The notes: generated from the letters alone by a model not told the origin. A DNA stretch of 64,000 nt from Eledone cirrhosa (GCA_964016885.1 OZ024741.1:384958001-385022000); one strand, 5' to 3'. Counted from the stretch's first letter, positions 14,029 through 27,962 are shown. A program made the numbers and translations.

Positions 14029-14339
14029 ATATCATACATACAGAGATACATACATACAAACATACATATTATATAAACACAAACACACTCACCCCTCCAT
14101 ATATACATATATATACTATGTTAAGGTATCAATATATATTATTATTATGTATGATGGTCATATTTCTTAATAAATAAACCCAATGGACCTTGGTTCAGAG
14201 CATCAATAATTCAAATAAAAAAAAAAGAATATATATATATATTCTTTTTTATATATATAGAGAGAGGGGGGGGGGGGAATCATAAATCATTTGAGAAACA
14301 TAGTATTTTGTACACATATATAAAGCAAAAAAAATATTC

Positions 14340-15300
14340 AGGAAAATATACATACTTCAGGGTGGAAAAGTCATTTCTTCCTTACAGTACTGTTTCATAG
14401 TCCAAGAAACCGCAGCGAACAATCGATCTAAGTAATCAACTATCCATTTTGGTAAAGCAAACGGAAGACAAGGGTCTAATCATCAGAGGAATTGTCTTGA
14501 TTCTTTAACATAATATATAACTACTTTAAATTTGTTAATTTGTTAATTGCCTCGACTGTGACTGGTACTTCGCAGCTCATTCTAGCCGATACGACGTCCA
14601 GACCTATTTATATCTGCCCTGGTCATTAAACGTTTTTTGACACCGTGTGGAGTTGAGATTTAAACAAACGCTCTGCTCTCGACAGATATTCAATGTGTGT
14701 TGAAACAGATATTGTTTTTCACTTCAATTTATTATAATAATTTCTCAGTCGATTAGTTTAATAACCGGATGGTTGTTTAGTTGTTGATTGTCATGAAGGC
14801 TTTTTTTATCATGTCACCTCATCAGTGACTATTTTTGTTTTTTATTTTGTGTCTCTCCTTTTTACTGTATTATACCATTTGGTGAGCTGTGTACTTGGAC
14901 TGCGCATGTGGTATGTCCGGGTTTGTGAGTGTTTTAATTAATTAATTAATTTATTTATTCATACATTTATTCATTCATTTTCTTTCCTATTTGTCACTAG
15001 TTGGTTACTTGTTCTATCAGTGTGTGTCTGGTTTATCTTAGTTTAGTTCTTGTGTGTCTTTATATTGTTCTTAATTGCTACGTTGTGAGGTTGTTGCGAT
15101 TCCACTCGTGCTTTCTATTTAGTTTTAGTCGGAGTTCGCTTATGTTTGTTGCTTCAGTAATCTGTCGGAGCATTGCGTCTGTTCTGTGTGTAGATATGAT
15201 ATTTATCTCGATGTTCTCTAGTGAGTCACCATGTTCCATTCTGGTATGTTGATGGAGTACTGATCAGTTTTTCTCATCTTGGAATTCTCGCCAGAGTTAT
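14340..15300 (-). mobile_element. Penelope-like element 3' remnant (GIY-YIG C-terminus, 3' UTR, hammerhead)
   Basis: Minus-strand translation of ~15095-15295 gives SVLHQHTRMEH..DAMLRQITEATNI..LNRKHEWN, the PLE endonuclease RQI.EA..I...LN.K.EW pattern. HHR at 14378-14491. Confidence 0.7.
14378..14491 (-). ncRNA. Type I hammerhead with ~83-nt stem II domain
   Basis: TTCCT CTGATGA t-TAG-a-CC...GG-a-CTA-t GAA ACAG-ta-CTGT A^AGGAA. Perfect 5-bp stem I, palindromic stem III, GUA site. Confidence 0.78.
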
Positions 15301-15633
15301 TTTATTCACATTCTAACTCTTATTATACTCTGCGTGTTACAGCCGCTTTAGCCCGCCCTGGAGTACACTGAAGTATAAACCCCACACGAGATGAGACCGC
15401 GTATCAGCAATGAGTGCTTTAACCGACGAACCGCCTGTAACTATAGTTACACACACACCTACTATATATATATATATGTGTTGTAATTAGTTATTATTAT
15501 ATATATATGTTCTAATTATATATATATGTAAATACCTGATTGGTTTTGTTCGTTGCTTTGGTTTCATGTGGCTGGGTCACCGATCGCAGTTTTCAATTTG
15601 TCAAGCTATCTAACGTATGTTATTACTCCAAGG

Positions 15634-15763
15634 TGCGTCCCTTTACGATCTGAGTTCAAATCCCGCCGAGGTTGACTTTGCCTTTCATCCTTACGGGGTC
15701 GATAAAATAAAGTACCAGTAATGCACTGGGTAATTGCTGGCCTTGTGCCTAAAGTAGAAACAG
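15634..15763 (+). mobile_element. 5'-truncated SINE family 1 with ~17-bp target-site duplication
   Basis: Flanked by GTTATTACTCCAAGGTG and GTTATTACTCTAAGGTG. Confidence 0.85.
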
Positions 15764-15871
15764 TTATTACTCTAAGGTGACACAACCTTATCGAGTGCTT
15801 TGCTGCACATTCCTGATTGTATATCGGTAGCTTGGCCACAGCCAAAACTTCGATTTTACTAAACTTCCATT

Positions 15872-16030
<159 letters not shown>

Positions 16031-17308
16031 GTATATATATGTATGTATGCATATATGTATACATGAATGTAGGTATGTATATATTTATGTGTATGTGTGT
16101 GCACCGCGTGCGGGTGCGTATTATGCAAAAATCATTTGTGAAAGAATCGAATTTAATCTTTGTTAAGGGAAGAACCATTTTTCTAAATCCCAAGACAGAT
16201 TTGGGTAGGTTAGTAACAACAATGTGAAACTATAGGCCTGAGAGGGTGGGGGTTTCATTCTGTGGGAAATCATTGTCTCATTGATGTGTATGCGATGAAT
16301 CAGCCCACTTCGATCGCTATATTGATTTAATGGTAATATATTTTTGGAAACCAAATTAACAGCAATTATAAGTTCAGTGAGCTTAATTTAAGATTGATCG
16401 ATATTTAATTTGTTAAACAATTATTCTTTGCTTTTATTTCCTGATGGTGAAGGTAATTATGATTATCTACAGTTGATTTACTTGTTTCGATATGGAGCAG
16501 TAATTTCTATTTAGGGATGTTTAGGGACAGCATATAAATCTAGTTATTTCATGGTGAGATCAGGATCGTCGCCAAATTATCTTGCATCCTAGGCAATGAC
16601 AAATACTTGTATCATGAAACACATGCACACAAAGATTGCTCACATTTGAAAAAGAACGGTCAGTTCTGGGCCCCGATGTGGTTTGTGCCCTAGGCTTGTA
16701 CCCTAGGCCTGTGTCCTAGGTGGTTGTCGATTTGACTCAATGATAGCACAAGTCATAGGTTGGGTCTATTTTATGACACACAGACACACATATATTGCTA
16801 ATATGACGTTGTGTGCGCGCGCGTGTTTGTATGTGTGACTGTATTATGTATGTGGTCCTGTCACACTTTGACCTTCAAAAATAATTGGAACTGAAATTCA
16901 TCTTTTCGCAATAAATTGTGAGTGTGTGTTTAAGTGTGGATGCAGGAATATTCGCTAGAAATCAAATATTTTAGTTTGATAGTATCTTACCGAGAATAAT
17001 TCTTTCAATTAAAAAAAAAAAATTGCTGGATTTCGTAGAAATGTGATGCGCTGTGGAACCTGCTTCATATATATTTTTTGATAAACATTTTATTTTTAAT
17101 GTCATATATTCCATCAACCCATAAAATCATCGATCCTCTCTGTACGTCGCTTCTGGTTATTCTGAAGATAATTTTGGTGAGTGCTATTTTTTGCCACTCA
17201 AGAAAAGAAAACATTGTTATTACTGTAACCATATTCGTACCACAGCAGATATTTTAGATATAACATTATTGTTAACAGATAGAATTGACCATTAATGTCC
17301 ACCCACGC

Positions 17309-17404
<96 letters not shown>

Positions 17405-17435
17405 GCGTATATATATATATATATATATATTAATA

Positions 17436-17472
<37 letters not shown>

Positions 17473-17542
17473 ATATATACACGCGTATATATATATGTAT
17501 ATATATATACACGCGTATATATATATGTATATATATATATAT

Positions 17543-17578
<36 letters not shown>

Positions 17579-17638
17579 AATTGCGTGGGTGGACACTAAT
17601 GGTAAGTTATATCTGTTAACAATAATGTTGATACATAT

Positions 17639-17747
<109 letters not shown>

Positions 17748-19029
17748 CGAGGGCCAGTTAAAAAGTAATGCTTTTGTGTTATTGCAAGAAAAATAAAGAA
17801 CCAAACAAAATGTAATATACATCAAATATTGAAGCGGTACATCAGGGGTTCACATTCCTACCTCTCAACATAGCACTTCTTTCTATAGCAACATTCCCCC
17901 TTGGAACGACGGCATGTATCCCAGCTTCATAAAACTCTACTGGCTGCTCATGAAGCCATTGCTTGACACCAGTTTTCACTTCCTCATCATTTCTATAATT
18001 GTGGTTTCTCAATACTTCTTTCATGGGATCGAAGAGGTGGTAGTCTGATGGTGCCAAATTAGATGAGTATGGAAGGTGTAGCAGAGTTGTCCACCCAAAT
18101 GAGGTGATTTCCTCCTTTGTTCTGATGCTCGTGTGAGGTCTGGCATTGTTGTGTTGAAGAATAACTTTATTCTTCTCCAAGTCGGGTCTTACTCGTCGAA
18201 GTCTTGCTTTTAGTCTTTTTAGTATCTCAATATATGCTTCAGAGTTAATTGTTTCTCTTCTTGGCAAGAAATTAATAAGAATCACTCCTTGCGTATCCCA
18301 AAAGACAGACGCCATGATTTCCGGCTGACGTTTGTGCCTTTAACTTTTGGGTGACGCAATTCCATTGATTGCCTTTTTGACTCAGGTTCATAATGATGAA
18401 TCCATATTTCATCACCTGTAATAAGCCGTCTAAAGAACGTGTTGTCTCTTTGACTGAATTCAAGAAGCTTAGTGCAGCAGTTAACCATTTAATCTTGTGA
18501 TCAACTGTGAGTTGTCTTGGTACCCAATAGGCACAGACACCTGACAATCCAAGTGAGTTAACAATGCTATGAGCGTCACCATGACTTACTCCAAGCTCTA
18601 ATGCCAACTCATCAAGGGTTATGCGCCTATCAGCTCTGATTAAAGCGTCTGAGCTTGCTTTGTTGGCAGTGTTCAGGAGCGGCCAGCACGAGGCTTGTCT
18701 GCTAAGCTTGCAGTTTCCACCTCTTCATCTTCATTCAGACGACGGGTCCATCGACGCACATTACTATAGTCTAAGGCGCCACCTTCAAATTTAGTTTCTT
18801 GTGAATGTTAACAGAGGTTTCTCCTTCAGTAACAAGGAATTCAATTACTGACTTTTGCTTTCGACGGACTTCCAAGGGAGTGGCCATCTTGAAATCATCA
18901 ACTCAGTCACTCATACAAATCCGAACAACAAAATGAGATATGCCCCTTTACCTTTGTGCCAAATTTCAACTCATTCTATAAAAAAAGAGCCTCTATGATA
19001 AAAAGGCATTACTCTTTGACTGGCCATCG
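17748..19029 (-). mobile_element. Mariner (Tc1/mariner, D,D34D) DNA transposon, full length but pseudogenised
   Basis: Imperfect TIRs CGAGGGCCAGTTAAAAAGTAATGC and CGATGGCCAGTCAAAGAGTAATGC, with TA at the left end. Motifs WVPRQLT, ITGDEIWIHHYEPESKRQS, LQHNNARPH and YSSNLAPSDYHLF over three frameshifted ORFs. Confidence 0.93.
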
Positions 19030-19037
19030 CATATACA

Positions 19038-19094
<57 letters not shown>

Positions 19095-19330
19095 TAAATT
19101 TAGCGAGAATCGCATTTCGGCGGGTAGAAATTAGCGAAACGCAACTTCCGTAATGTGTAGACAAGCGCTCCATGGATATGAAGAAGATACCAGAGCTATA
19201 AACATAAGTTAAAAAGGTCATATAAACTGAGACGATGGTTAAGAAGCCATTAACCATCAGAGCCAAATAAGCGAACAAGCTAAACGGGTCAAACAAAATA
19301 AGATATGATTGAAATAGTTACCCGGACTCT

Positions 19331-19432
<102 letters not shown>

Positions 19433-19797
19433 AAAATTAAGATAAATTAAATGAATTTAATCTAAATCAAAATTATGGGTGTCATGCCGGAAAGGCAGAT
19501 TTGAACTTGAAGTGTAAGCACGGATAGCTGGATATTTTCTTCCTTGTTGAAAATCCATAATCTCCACTTCCGTGGTTTACCATCTGATTAATTGGTGAAA
19601 TATATTTCTTTAATGGAATATATACAGGGAAGGTTAATCATATTATAATGTATCTATTTTTGAAGTTCTAGTCAACTTTATTTATTTAGTTACCTACCTA
19701 GCTATGTGTGGTTACACACTTGTAAAAATTATCTCCTGTGATTATTCATGTTTATATATATGTTAATCAATTTCTAGTTATTATATATATATATATA

Positions 19798-20340
19798 TAT
19801 TACATTTAAGTGAGAAAAACTCTATTTATGGGAGTACAAACCAGACAGACAAAACCAATATTTTATCTATACTCGTTTGTATAAAGATCTTCCTACAATG
19901 GTTTCGTTTGCGGAAGAATTTATAATTGGAAGCACCAATAATTGAAGAATCCGCAATACTCTCCAGGCTTGTACTCCCATAAATAGAGTTTGTTCTCACT
20001 TAAATTTAATATATAATATTGTTTCTCTATATCATATATCCATTCATTGAGATGTTTAAGTATTAGTGAATAATTAACTTTTAATTAATATTAAACTAGC
20101 CCTTAATTTGTCGATTTGTATCAGACGGTCTTTTGGCTGCTATTACTAGCAGCATTATAAGCCTGTCGCATAGTATTGCGGATTCTTCAATTATTGGTGC
20201 TTCCAGTAATACATTCTTCGGCAAACGAAACCATGGTAGGGAGATCTTTATACAAGCGAGTATAAATAAAATTTTATTTTTTGTCAGCCTGGCTTGTACT
20301 CCCATAAATAGAGTTATTTCTCACTTAAATTTAATATATA
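19798..20340. mobile_element. Fold-back pLTR-like element with hammerhead remnant
   Basis: 19800-19960 is inverted at 20172-20340. The plus arm has TTTGTCGA..TCGGCAAA-c GAA ACC-at-GGT A GGG, but the CUGANGA core is eroded. Confidence 0.6.
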
Positions 20341-20603
20341 ATTGTTTCAACTTATGGCACAAGGCCAGCAATTATCCCAATATATTACTGGTACTTTATT
20401 TTATCGGCCCCGTAAGGATGAAAGGCAGAGTTAACCTCGGCGGGATTTGAACTCAGACCACAAATGGCCGTAACTCTTTGCTGCAAAGCATGGCATCAGA
20501 CCCTCTACCGATTAATATTGATTCTCTGAGCGATTTCTAATCTATATATTTTATCCACTCATTAAGGTGTTTATGTATTAGAGACTAATTAACTTTCAAT
20601 TAA

Positions 20604-20718
<115 letters not shown>

Positions 20719-21089
20719 AAGGAAAAGAAATTGAAAATGCAGCTGGAGTCTTTTAATAATATTTATTTACTTTACCGGTTTCACAGTTCTTATGATTATC
20801 AAAAGTTAAATTGAGATGTATTGTTTGTGTTTCTGTTGTAGTGTGTCTCCATAACAATATGAAATGCTCATATTGTTATGTTTTACTTACATCTTCCTTT
20901 ATTGGAAAAAAAACAAGCGTTTCAAGACTATTTTCTCTGTTAAAGAATCCGATTATAGACTGCATATTAATCAATATTTTACAGCTAGATGTATTTGCTG
21001 GTAAGAACCCTATTTTAAACGGCATATATACAGGGAATTGTTTTCGTTTTATAAATGAAAGAATTATGAACACAATTGTTGAAGAAGCT

Positions 21090-21620
21090 CTCATAAGCTC
21101 ACTGACCCCTACGATTATGAAGGTAATCTACAATTATACAATAGAGTTCCTAAACAGCTGCAACTTTACTGGAGTAATCCCCGCCCATATTTTGACATTA
21201 AAAATACATGTGCTGCAATGCTGTTGCGAATTCTAAATGAAACAAATGAGCTTTGCAATAGAATAGGGATTCGACTAACTCCTTTTCATGAATGCATGAT
21301 TGAAAGCGATATTATTCCCGCCGAGGTTAACTTTGCCTTTCATCCTTACTGGGTTGATAAAATAAAGTACCAGTAATGAACTGGGTATTTGCTGGCCTTG
21401 TGCCAAAAAGCAGAAACAATTATTACAGAATGTGAACAGAATGGAAAACATGTCAATGTACCATGAATTGAACTGAAAACGTTTTCTATTACTCTGTTGT
21501 TCATTAATCGATAACAGTTTTAACAACGGCAGTCGATGAGTCTCAATGTTGATTATTGAGTAAAATAAACCTGTTTTTGCTCATTGATCTATTTATTTAC
21601 TCGCTTATTTCTCTCTCAAG
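21090..21620 (+). pseudogene. Helitron PIF1-like helicase C-terminal remnant, interrupted by a SINE (21316-21425)
   Basis: YTIEFLNSCNFTGVIPAHILTLK, then after a frameshift MLLRILN..LCNRI (cf. EFLNS..PPH.L.LK..MLLRNL..GLCNGTR), and PVFAH near 21570. Confidence 0.65.
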
Positions 21621-21811
21621 AACTATACCACAAGTATGCTCTACACGATAGATGTAGAGTATACTTGTGGTATATACTCAAGTGTTAAAACATTCTTCTT
21701 AACATTTAGATCTACTGAAACTTAGTTCAGGTATATTTACAGTGTCTAAAAATGATTGAGTACTTATTTCATTTTTTATTTCATATATATATATATAGGA
21801 AAAGAGTCAGG

Positions 21812-21907
21812 ACTCCGATGGCTGAGCTCCGGCCGTTTCGACAGCTAGATCTGAACTAACCCAGTAGTGTTAGGACGGTAGTAATCTAGCTGAACTTATC
21901 AAGGGGT
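21812..21907 (-). ncRNA. Degenerate type I hammerhead of a pLTR-like family also found at 31930, 42184 and 63099
   Basis: ACCCC TTGATAA gtt-CAGCTAGAT..ATCTAGCTG-tc GAA ACGGC-cggagctca-GCC(A)T C^GGAGT. Other copies read GCCGTC^GGG(G/A)TC. Confidence 0.6.
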
Positions 21908-22823
21908 ACAGTCCATATATGGGCATGGAATCAAAATATAACAGTAGTATCATATCAAACAACTCTAAAAATTGTTGTTTTTCTTTTCTTTGGGATGTCG
22001 TATATATAGTTAAATTCCTTCATAGCGGCGGTTGGCGGTGGGGTTGGTTGAACTTGCCTGTAGAACAAAGGGGAGGGAGTAAGATGAAAATATGACCTGT
22101 GGATGCCAGGCCAGTCATGCGTTAAGAGAGAATTCTTTACAGCTATCTCTGAAGGCGGTAGGAACCTATGAGAAACAAGGAATATTGTAGAGTGAATATG
22201 AGTATGCCAGGTCTAACATTGGCTAAAGAGCTAAGCAAATATAATTTGATACTAATTAAATTCCTAATTAATAAAATTTAGTTATTAGTTACTCTAATAC
22301 ACTAGAAAGGCACCTCAATGTAGTAATTTATCAATATTATTTTCTATAATGATACCCCCCCCCCCCCCCAAAAAAAACCCCCGGCTATTTGTTCGGCCGG
22401 TGCTATGTATATTTAACAGGAGTGACAATACTTGGGTTAATCTAATAGTGTAGATAAACAATGATCCATCTAAGTGTAATATATATATATATATATATAT
22501 ATCAACCACAACCACGACCTCTTCTCCTTCCTCACCTCCACCAAAGCCCGCAAGCTACACTCACTCCTCCCAACCACCGCCATCCACCACCATCCGCCCA
22601 TCCCTATGAGCCTCCCCCCCCCCACCACACCATCCCCCCACACACACCAAACCCCACCACTTGTCGCCACCATACCCCCTGACATCCCCCTCTCCGCACC
22701 TGAGCGCTCACTCCTTAGTAGAGGGTTTCGCTTCATACCCCACACTCCGCACAGCGACGAGTTCCGCACCCGAACGGAAGTCGAGCGATTCGTGCGACGC
22801 ACGAAGCTACAGGCACATTTCGG

Positions 22824-22912
22824 CCGAACGCCACCGGCTCCGAACGCCACCGGCTCCGAACGCCACCGGCTCCGAACGCCACCGGCTCCGAACGCCACCG
22901 GCTCCGAACGCC
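22824..22912 (+). repeat. 16-bp minisatellite (CCGAACGCCACCGGCT) x5.5 inside the PLE ORF
   Basis: Five exact units plus CCGAACGCC. Confidence 0.95.
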
Positions 22913-25900
22913 CCAGACCCGTTTCTCGCCCTGGGCCGACGACCATCTTCTTGGACGCCGGCCCCAGGGCAATTTAGCACCCTGGATGCGTTCTTCGATG
23001 CCAGCCGTAGCGCCGTAAATCGTTTCGACTTCCGCTACCGTTCCAAACGGAATAACATCACACGGGGCGAACTCCTCGCTCTCCGCTCCCTCCGTAGCCA
23101 AGATGACATCGTCATCAAACCGGCGGACAAGGGAGGCGCCGTGGTGGTGTGGCGCGCGGACCTCTACACGGCCGAAGCCCTCAGGCAGCTCTGTAAGCCC
23201 CTCTTCTACCGCCTTCTACCCTCCGATCCCACACCCCTCTACCAACAACAAGTTTCCTCCACCATCCAACACATTGTCTCCTCCTCCCTCCTCCCCCACC
23301 GCTTCCCACTTCATCGTCCACCCCCCGCACCCCCACCATCTACTTCCTCCCCAAACTTCACAAACCCGATAACCCCGCCGCCCCATCGTCTCCGCTTGCA
23401 ACTGCCCCACCGAACTCATCGCCTTTCTCGACTCCATCCTCGCACCCCTTGTCACCCCCCTCACCTCCCACATCTCCGACACCAACCACGCCCTGCGCCT
23501 TTTCGACTCCTTCACCTACCCACCCGGCCCACAGCCCTTCCTCTTCACCCTAGACATCAAGTCCCTCTATACCGTCATCCCCCACGCCGACGGCCTACGC
23601 GCCCTCAAACACTACCTCGACCTTCGCCCCTCCCCCATCCCCTCCACCCACCATCTTTCGCCTCGCCGAGCTGGTCCTCACCCTCAACTGTTTCTCCTTC
23701 TCGGGTGAGTTTTACCAACAGGTCACGGGGGTAGCCATGGGTACAAGAATGGGCCCAAACTATGCCAACCTTTTTGTTGGCCATGTTGAGGCCCAAATCT
23801 TTGCCCAGTACACCGACCCCACGCCCGAACTGTACGGTCGTTACATCGACGACTGTATCGGAGCCACGACCCTCACCCGAGAACATCTCGACTCCTTTCT
23901 CTCCTTCTTCTGTTCCTTCCACCCCTCCCACCACTCCACCACCTCTATCTCCACCACCCACGTCCACTTTTTAGACATCTCCGTCGCCTTCAACCCCTCC
24001 AACCACTCCCTCGTCATCTCCGCCTTCTTCAAACCCACCGACTCCCACTCCTACCTCGATTTCACCTCTTCCCACCTCACACACACTAAACACTCTATTC
24101 CCTACTCCCAACTCCTCAGGATCCGCCGCCTCTGTAGCCGAGATGCTGACTTTGAGTCCCAGGCCCTTTCCCTAGTCAGCCATTTCATCTGCAGAAGTTA
24201 CCCCCCTCTCTCGTCCACACCGCTCTCACCCGCGCCCGTGCTGTCCACCGCTCCACCACCCTCACCCCACGCCACCGCACACCCACCCACCGCCTCCCCT
24301 TCCCCATCACCTACCACCCCTCCACCATACCCCTCCACCGCACCATTTCCGCCTCTTCCGACGCCTCCAGTCCGACCCCTCCACCTCCCACATCTTCCCA
24401 GCCCCACCAGTCCCCTCCTTCATAGGCGCACGCAATCTCGGCACCCTCCTCGTCCACAGCTCCCTACCCCCCAACCCACGCTCTCTTTCCCCCCGGTTCC
24501 TTTCCCTGTTCTAGGCCCCGCTGCAACACCTGTCCCCACATCACCAACACCACCACCTTCCAGGGTCCCAACAGCCACTCTCTCTCTGTCCAGCATGCCT
24601 TCCGCTGCACCTCCTCCAACCTAGTCTACGGACTTCGCTGCACGGAGTGCAGCGCGACTTACGTCGGACAGACTGGACGTCGCCTGGCGGACAGATTTAC
24701 TGAGCACCTTCGTGATATTCGTCTCGGTGGTAGTTCCCCCATCGCCCGCCACTTTGGTGCCCCTGGACATTCCGCACGCCATCTCACAGTCTGTGGCCTA
24801 CTCCAATGCCACGGAACACCCGCCAATCTCCTAAGAGTCGAACAACGAACCATCTTCACCCTACAGACCCACACTCCCCCCGGCCTGAACTCCCCACCCT
24901 TATTCCTTTAGCCTTCGACCGTCCCCCTTCCCCCACACATATCCCCCACTAACACCACTAACACACCCCTCCTTTTCACCGCCCACCCCACAACTAACAA
25001 TACTAACACCTCCACCCCACATCCGACCACCCTTCCCCAATTAACATACTAACATCCCTCCCTTCTTCTCCCCCTCCTTATCACACGCACACACCCACCG
25101 GTACATATATACACGCGCTCACACTAAACACACACCCTACTACCACCACTAACCCTCACCCCCACACATCCACCCCACCACCCCGCAACTAACATCACTA
25201 ACACCCCCTGACCCCAAGCACACGAACACACACACCCACTTACACCACCCACTCTACACGCAACTAACATCACTAACACCCCCCAACCCTACGCACACGA
25301 ACACACACACCCTCTTACACCACCCACTCTACACACCCTACCACCACTGACCACCACTCACACCCGCATTCAACCCTTTCTCCACCTCCAGTATACTAAC
25401 ACCCACTAACACACCCTTCACCAAACACACACACCAGTACACTACACTCCCTCCATCGTCCCCCACACCCTTCTCTCCCCGCTCCACCCACACCCTTTCT
25501 CAAACACTCACACATCCCACTAACAGCTCTACTAATACACACATACCCCCTCCTCACTCCAACTTTCACACCTACCCATCCTCTCCCCTGTCCATCGCAC
25601 CTCCGCACACACTGACACACCGACTTTCTTCACTTACCATTCTACCCTACTGCTGCTATGCCTCTCTGACCACCTCCCCGCACACATAGACACACAACCC
25701 TCCTCCTGCCTTGGCCCTCGGACCACTTCCTGTTGCGCGCGCACCCCAAATCTCCCTTCTTCCGACCAATCTCTTCACGGATTACACATATGTGAACCTT
25801 AATCCCGAGAATCTACCGCATCCCAGGATTTTACTCAGCATTCCACCACATCTTTTTACGGAATTACCTTTACGACTCACCCCAGACACACACCCCAAAC

Positions 25901-26381
25901 AATTTTTTTTCCCCACACGCCACCTACATCCACAACACGCATAAACACCGCACACACACGTGCGTACCACCACATATTTACACATTCAGCCTCCGCAATC
26001 CTCTCCCTCACCCCTCTATCCACACACGCACACACACTCCGACCTACACCCCACCCCACACACACCTCTTCCTGAACATGCAACCCCGTTCTTCCCCCAA
26101 CCCTTGCTTTCACATACACACACAAACACACACACGTACACCTACACACACACATCACCTTCAGCCCTCCCCGCTCGGACACCCTGTCTCCCTCTCCCCA
26201 CTCCACCCGCCACCACCCCTACACGCCCCACACCCTTCCACCACCTGTTTTACCCCATTTTAATTTTATTTTGATCATGCCTTTATTTTTAATTTCATTT
26301 GCACCGTTTCCTCTCACCTCCTTTTTGCTATATGCCCCCCCCCCATACACACCCTTTGAACTCTCTTCCCACACACTTTTC

Positions 26382-26413
26382 ACCTGAAGAAGGGCTTATG
26401 CCCGAAACGTCGT
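26382..26413 (+). ncRNA. Minimal type I hammerhead in the Neptune pLTR
   Basis: AC CTGAAGA (26384-90) A GGGC-ttat-GCCC GAAAC GTC^GT, with AATAAA ~40 nt downstream. This is the standard PLE minimal HHR form. Confidence 0.8.
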
Positions 26414-26502
26414 TTCCCACCACCACCCCACTCTCAAGAGCGTGAAATTAATAAACCTTTGTTCGTACTGCCTCTCTGTTTTGTTCCCGTTCAATTTTTC
26501 AC

Positions 26503-26578
<76 letters not shown>

Positions 26579-26614
26579 CATACATATATATACATACATA
26601 CATACATACATACA

Positions 26615-26645
<31 letters not shown>

Positions 26646-26671
26646 GTATATATATATATATATATATATGT

Positions 26672-27160
26672 CTTTAAGTGTCGTTTGGAAACCTCAACAA
26701 TGCAGATGGGTAAATCTCCGGGTAACAAGATCCGGTGGTGGAAAGAGAGATGTAAGTGGGTGTACGTTGAGATGCGTGGCGTGTATAAGACGTGTAGAGG
26801 AATGAAGGAAAGAGCGTAAAGGATAAAAATAAAATAACAACACGAGAGAGAGTTACCCTGGGAGAGATTTAATTGTCCCAATATATTTCGGATTCACATC
26901 CATCAAGTGGGTTTTTTTCCGGGGGGGGGGGGGGGGGAGGTTATCTGTCGGAAAGGTGCGAAACGTGTCCTCCTCTGTTCATTGTTTTGAATATCTTATA
27001 TTTTATTTTTATCCTTTACGCTCTTTCCTTCATTCCTCTACACGTCTTATACACGCCACGCATCTCAACGTACACCCACTTACATCTCTCTCTCCACCAC
27101 CGGATCTTGTTACCCGGAGATTTACCCATCTGCATTGTCGAGGCTTCCAAACGACTTAAA
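26672..27160. repeat. Inverted repeat with ~163-bp arms
   Basis: 26672-26835 versus 26997-27160. The spacer contains a G17 run and an eroded minus-strand HHR-like GGAT-gtga-ATCC-GAAA. Confidence 0.85.
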
Positions 27161-27205
27161 GAAATTTACCTTATTATTCCACAATGCTTCAAGCAAACTT
27201 CAATA

Positions 27206-27272
<67 letters not shown>

Positions 27273-27288
27273 TATATATATATACACT

Positions 27289-27897
27289 GTCAGGTCACCA
27301 ATTGGTGCTACTGGTAACATGTATCCCAGTACAACCTGTCCCATGGTCGGGTCGTTGGCGACTAAACTGGCAACCCCACCAAGGTTTCTTGGTGAGGAGG
27401 GTGACTTTGGACATCCTGCAGGACTAAAAACAAAACCTGTCAAAGGGCAAAGGAGCTCTTAAGAGTCACTGGCCATCCAAAATCACCGGGAGAGATGACC
27501 CGTTACCCTTTGTCAAGGCAGAATTCTAGGAGAAGGAAAACTCTGATATAACACCTGCAACCCTGATGGTATCCAATGATGTTGACTTGTTCTTCTTTTT
27601 GGTAAATATCATCTTGGTTAAGAGAGTGGGACTGGCTTTGTGCAGTGCCTTTGCTCACTATAAAAGCTTCACGGCACAGGCATTGCTTTATATCTGGAGA
27701 TCTCTCTGCACTTGTCGTCACATGGTACCAAGGGCCCAGCACTGTGTGTCAATAATTGTTACAAGTGTAGTGTTTGTACCAGAGCTTTCAAGTAGCTGGC
27801 TGGACGAAAAAGTCACACTCGTTCAGCGCATCAGTAGGGGTTCTCCTACATGGATATAAAGTAGTGGCTGTACTCGAAAACGAGTTGGCAGCCACCA
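27289..27897 (+). mobile_element. ~610-bp non-autonomous element (probable RTE 5'-UTR derivative) inserted in a microsatellite
   Basis: Highly similar inverted copy at 59402-60009 with the same boundaries. Contains CTAGGAGAAGGAAAACTCTGA, which I recall from RTE-type 5' UTRs. Confidence 0.65.
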
Positions 27898-27928
27898 TAT
27901 ATACATACATACATATATATATATATAC

Positions 27929-27962
<34 letters not shown>

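Larger units (their letters stand above)
22502..26502 (+). mobile_element. Penelope-like element, Neptune-type (RT, Cys linker, GIY-YIG), frameshifted, with long C/A-rich 3' UTR and terminal hammerhead
   Basis: RT motifs IVIKPADKGGAVVVW, LDIKSLYTVIPH, GVAMGTRMGPNYANLF, RYIDD, FLDI and KPTDSHSYL. Linker PCSRPRCNTCPH; endonuclease NLVYGLRC..C..TYVGQTGRRLADRFTEH; stop at ~24911. (TA)n at both ends. Confidence 0.92.

Noticed and set aside
27289-27420. Definite twister or HDV ribozyme call
   Set aside because: The twister L1 (UAA)/P2 arrangement and the HDV P1 5' strand could not be found; kept only as an unexplained structure.
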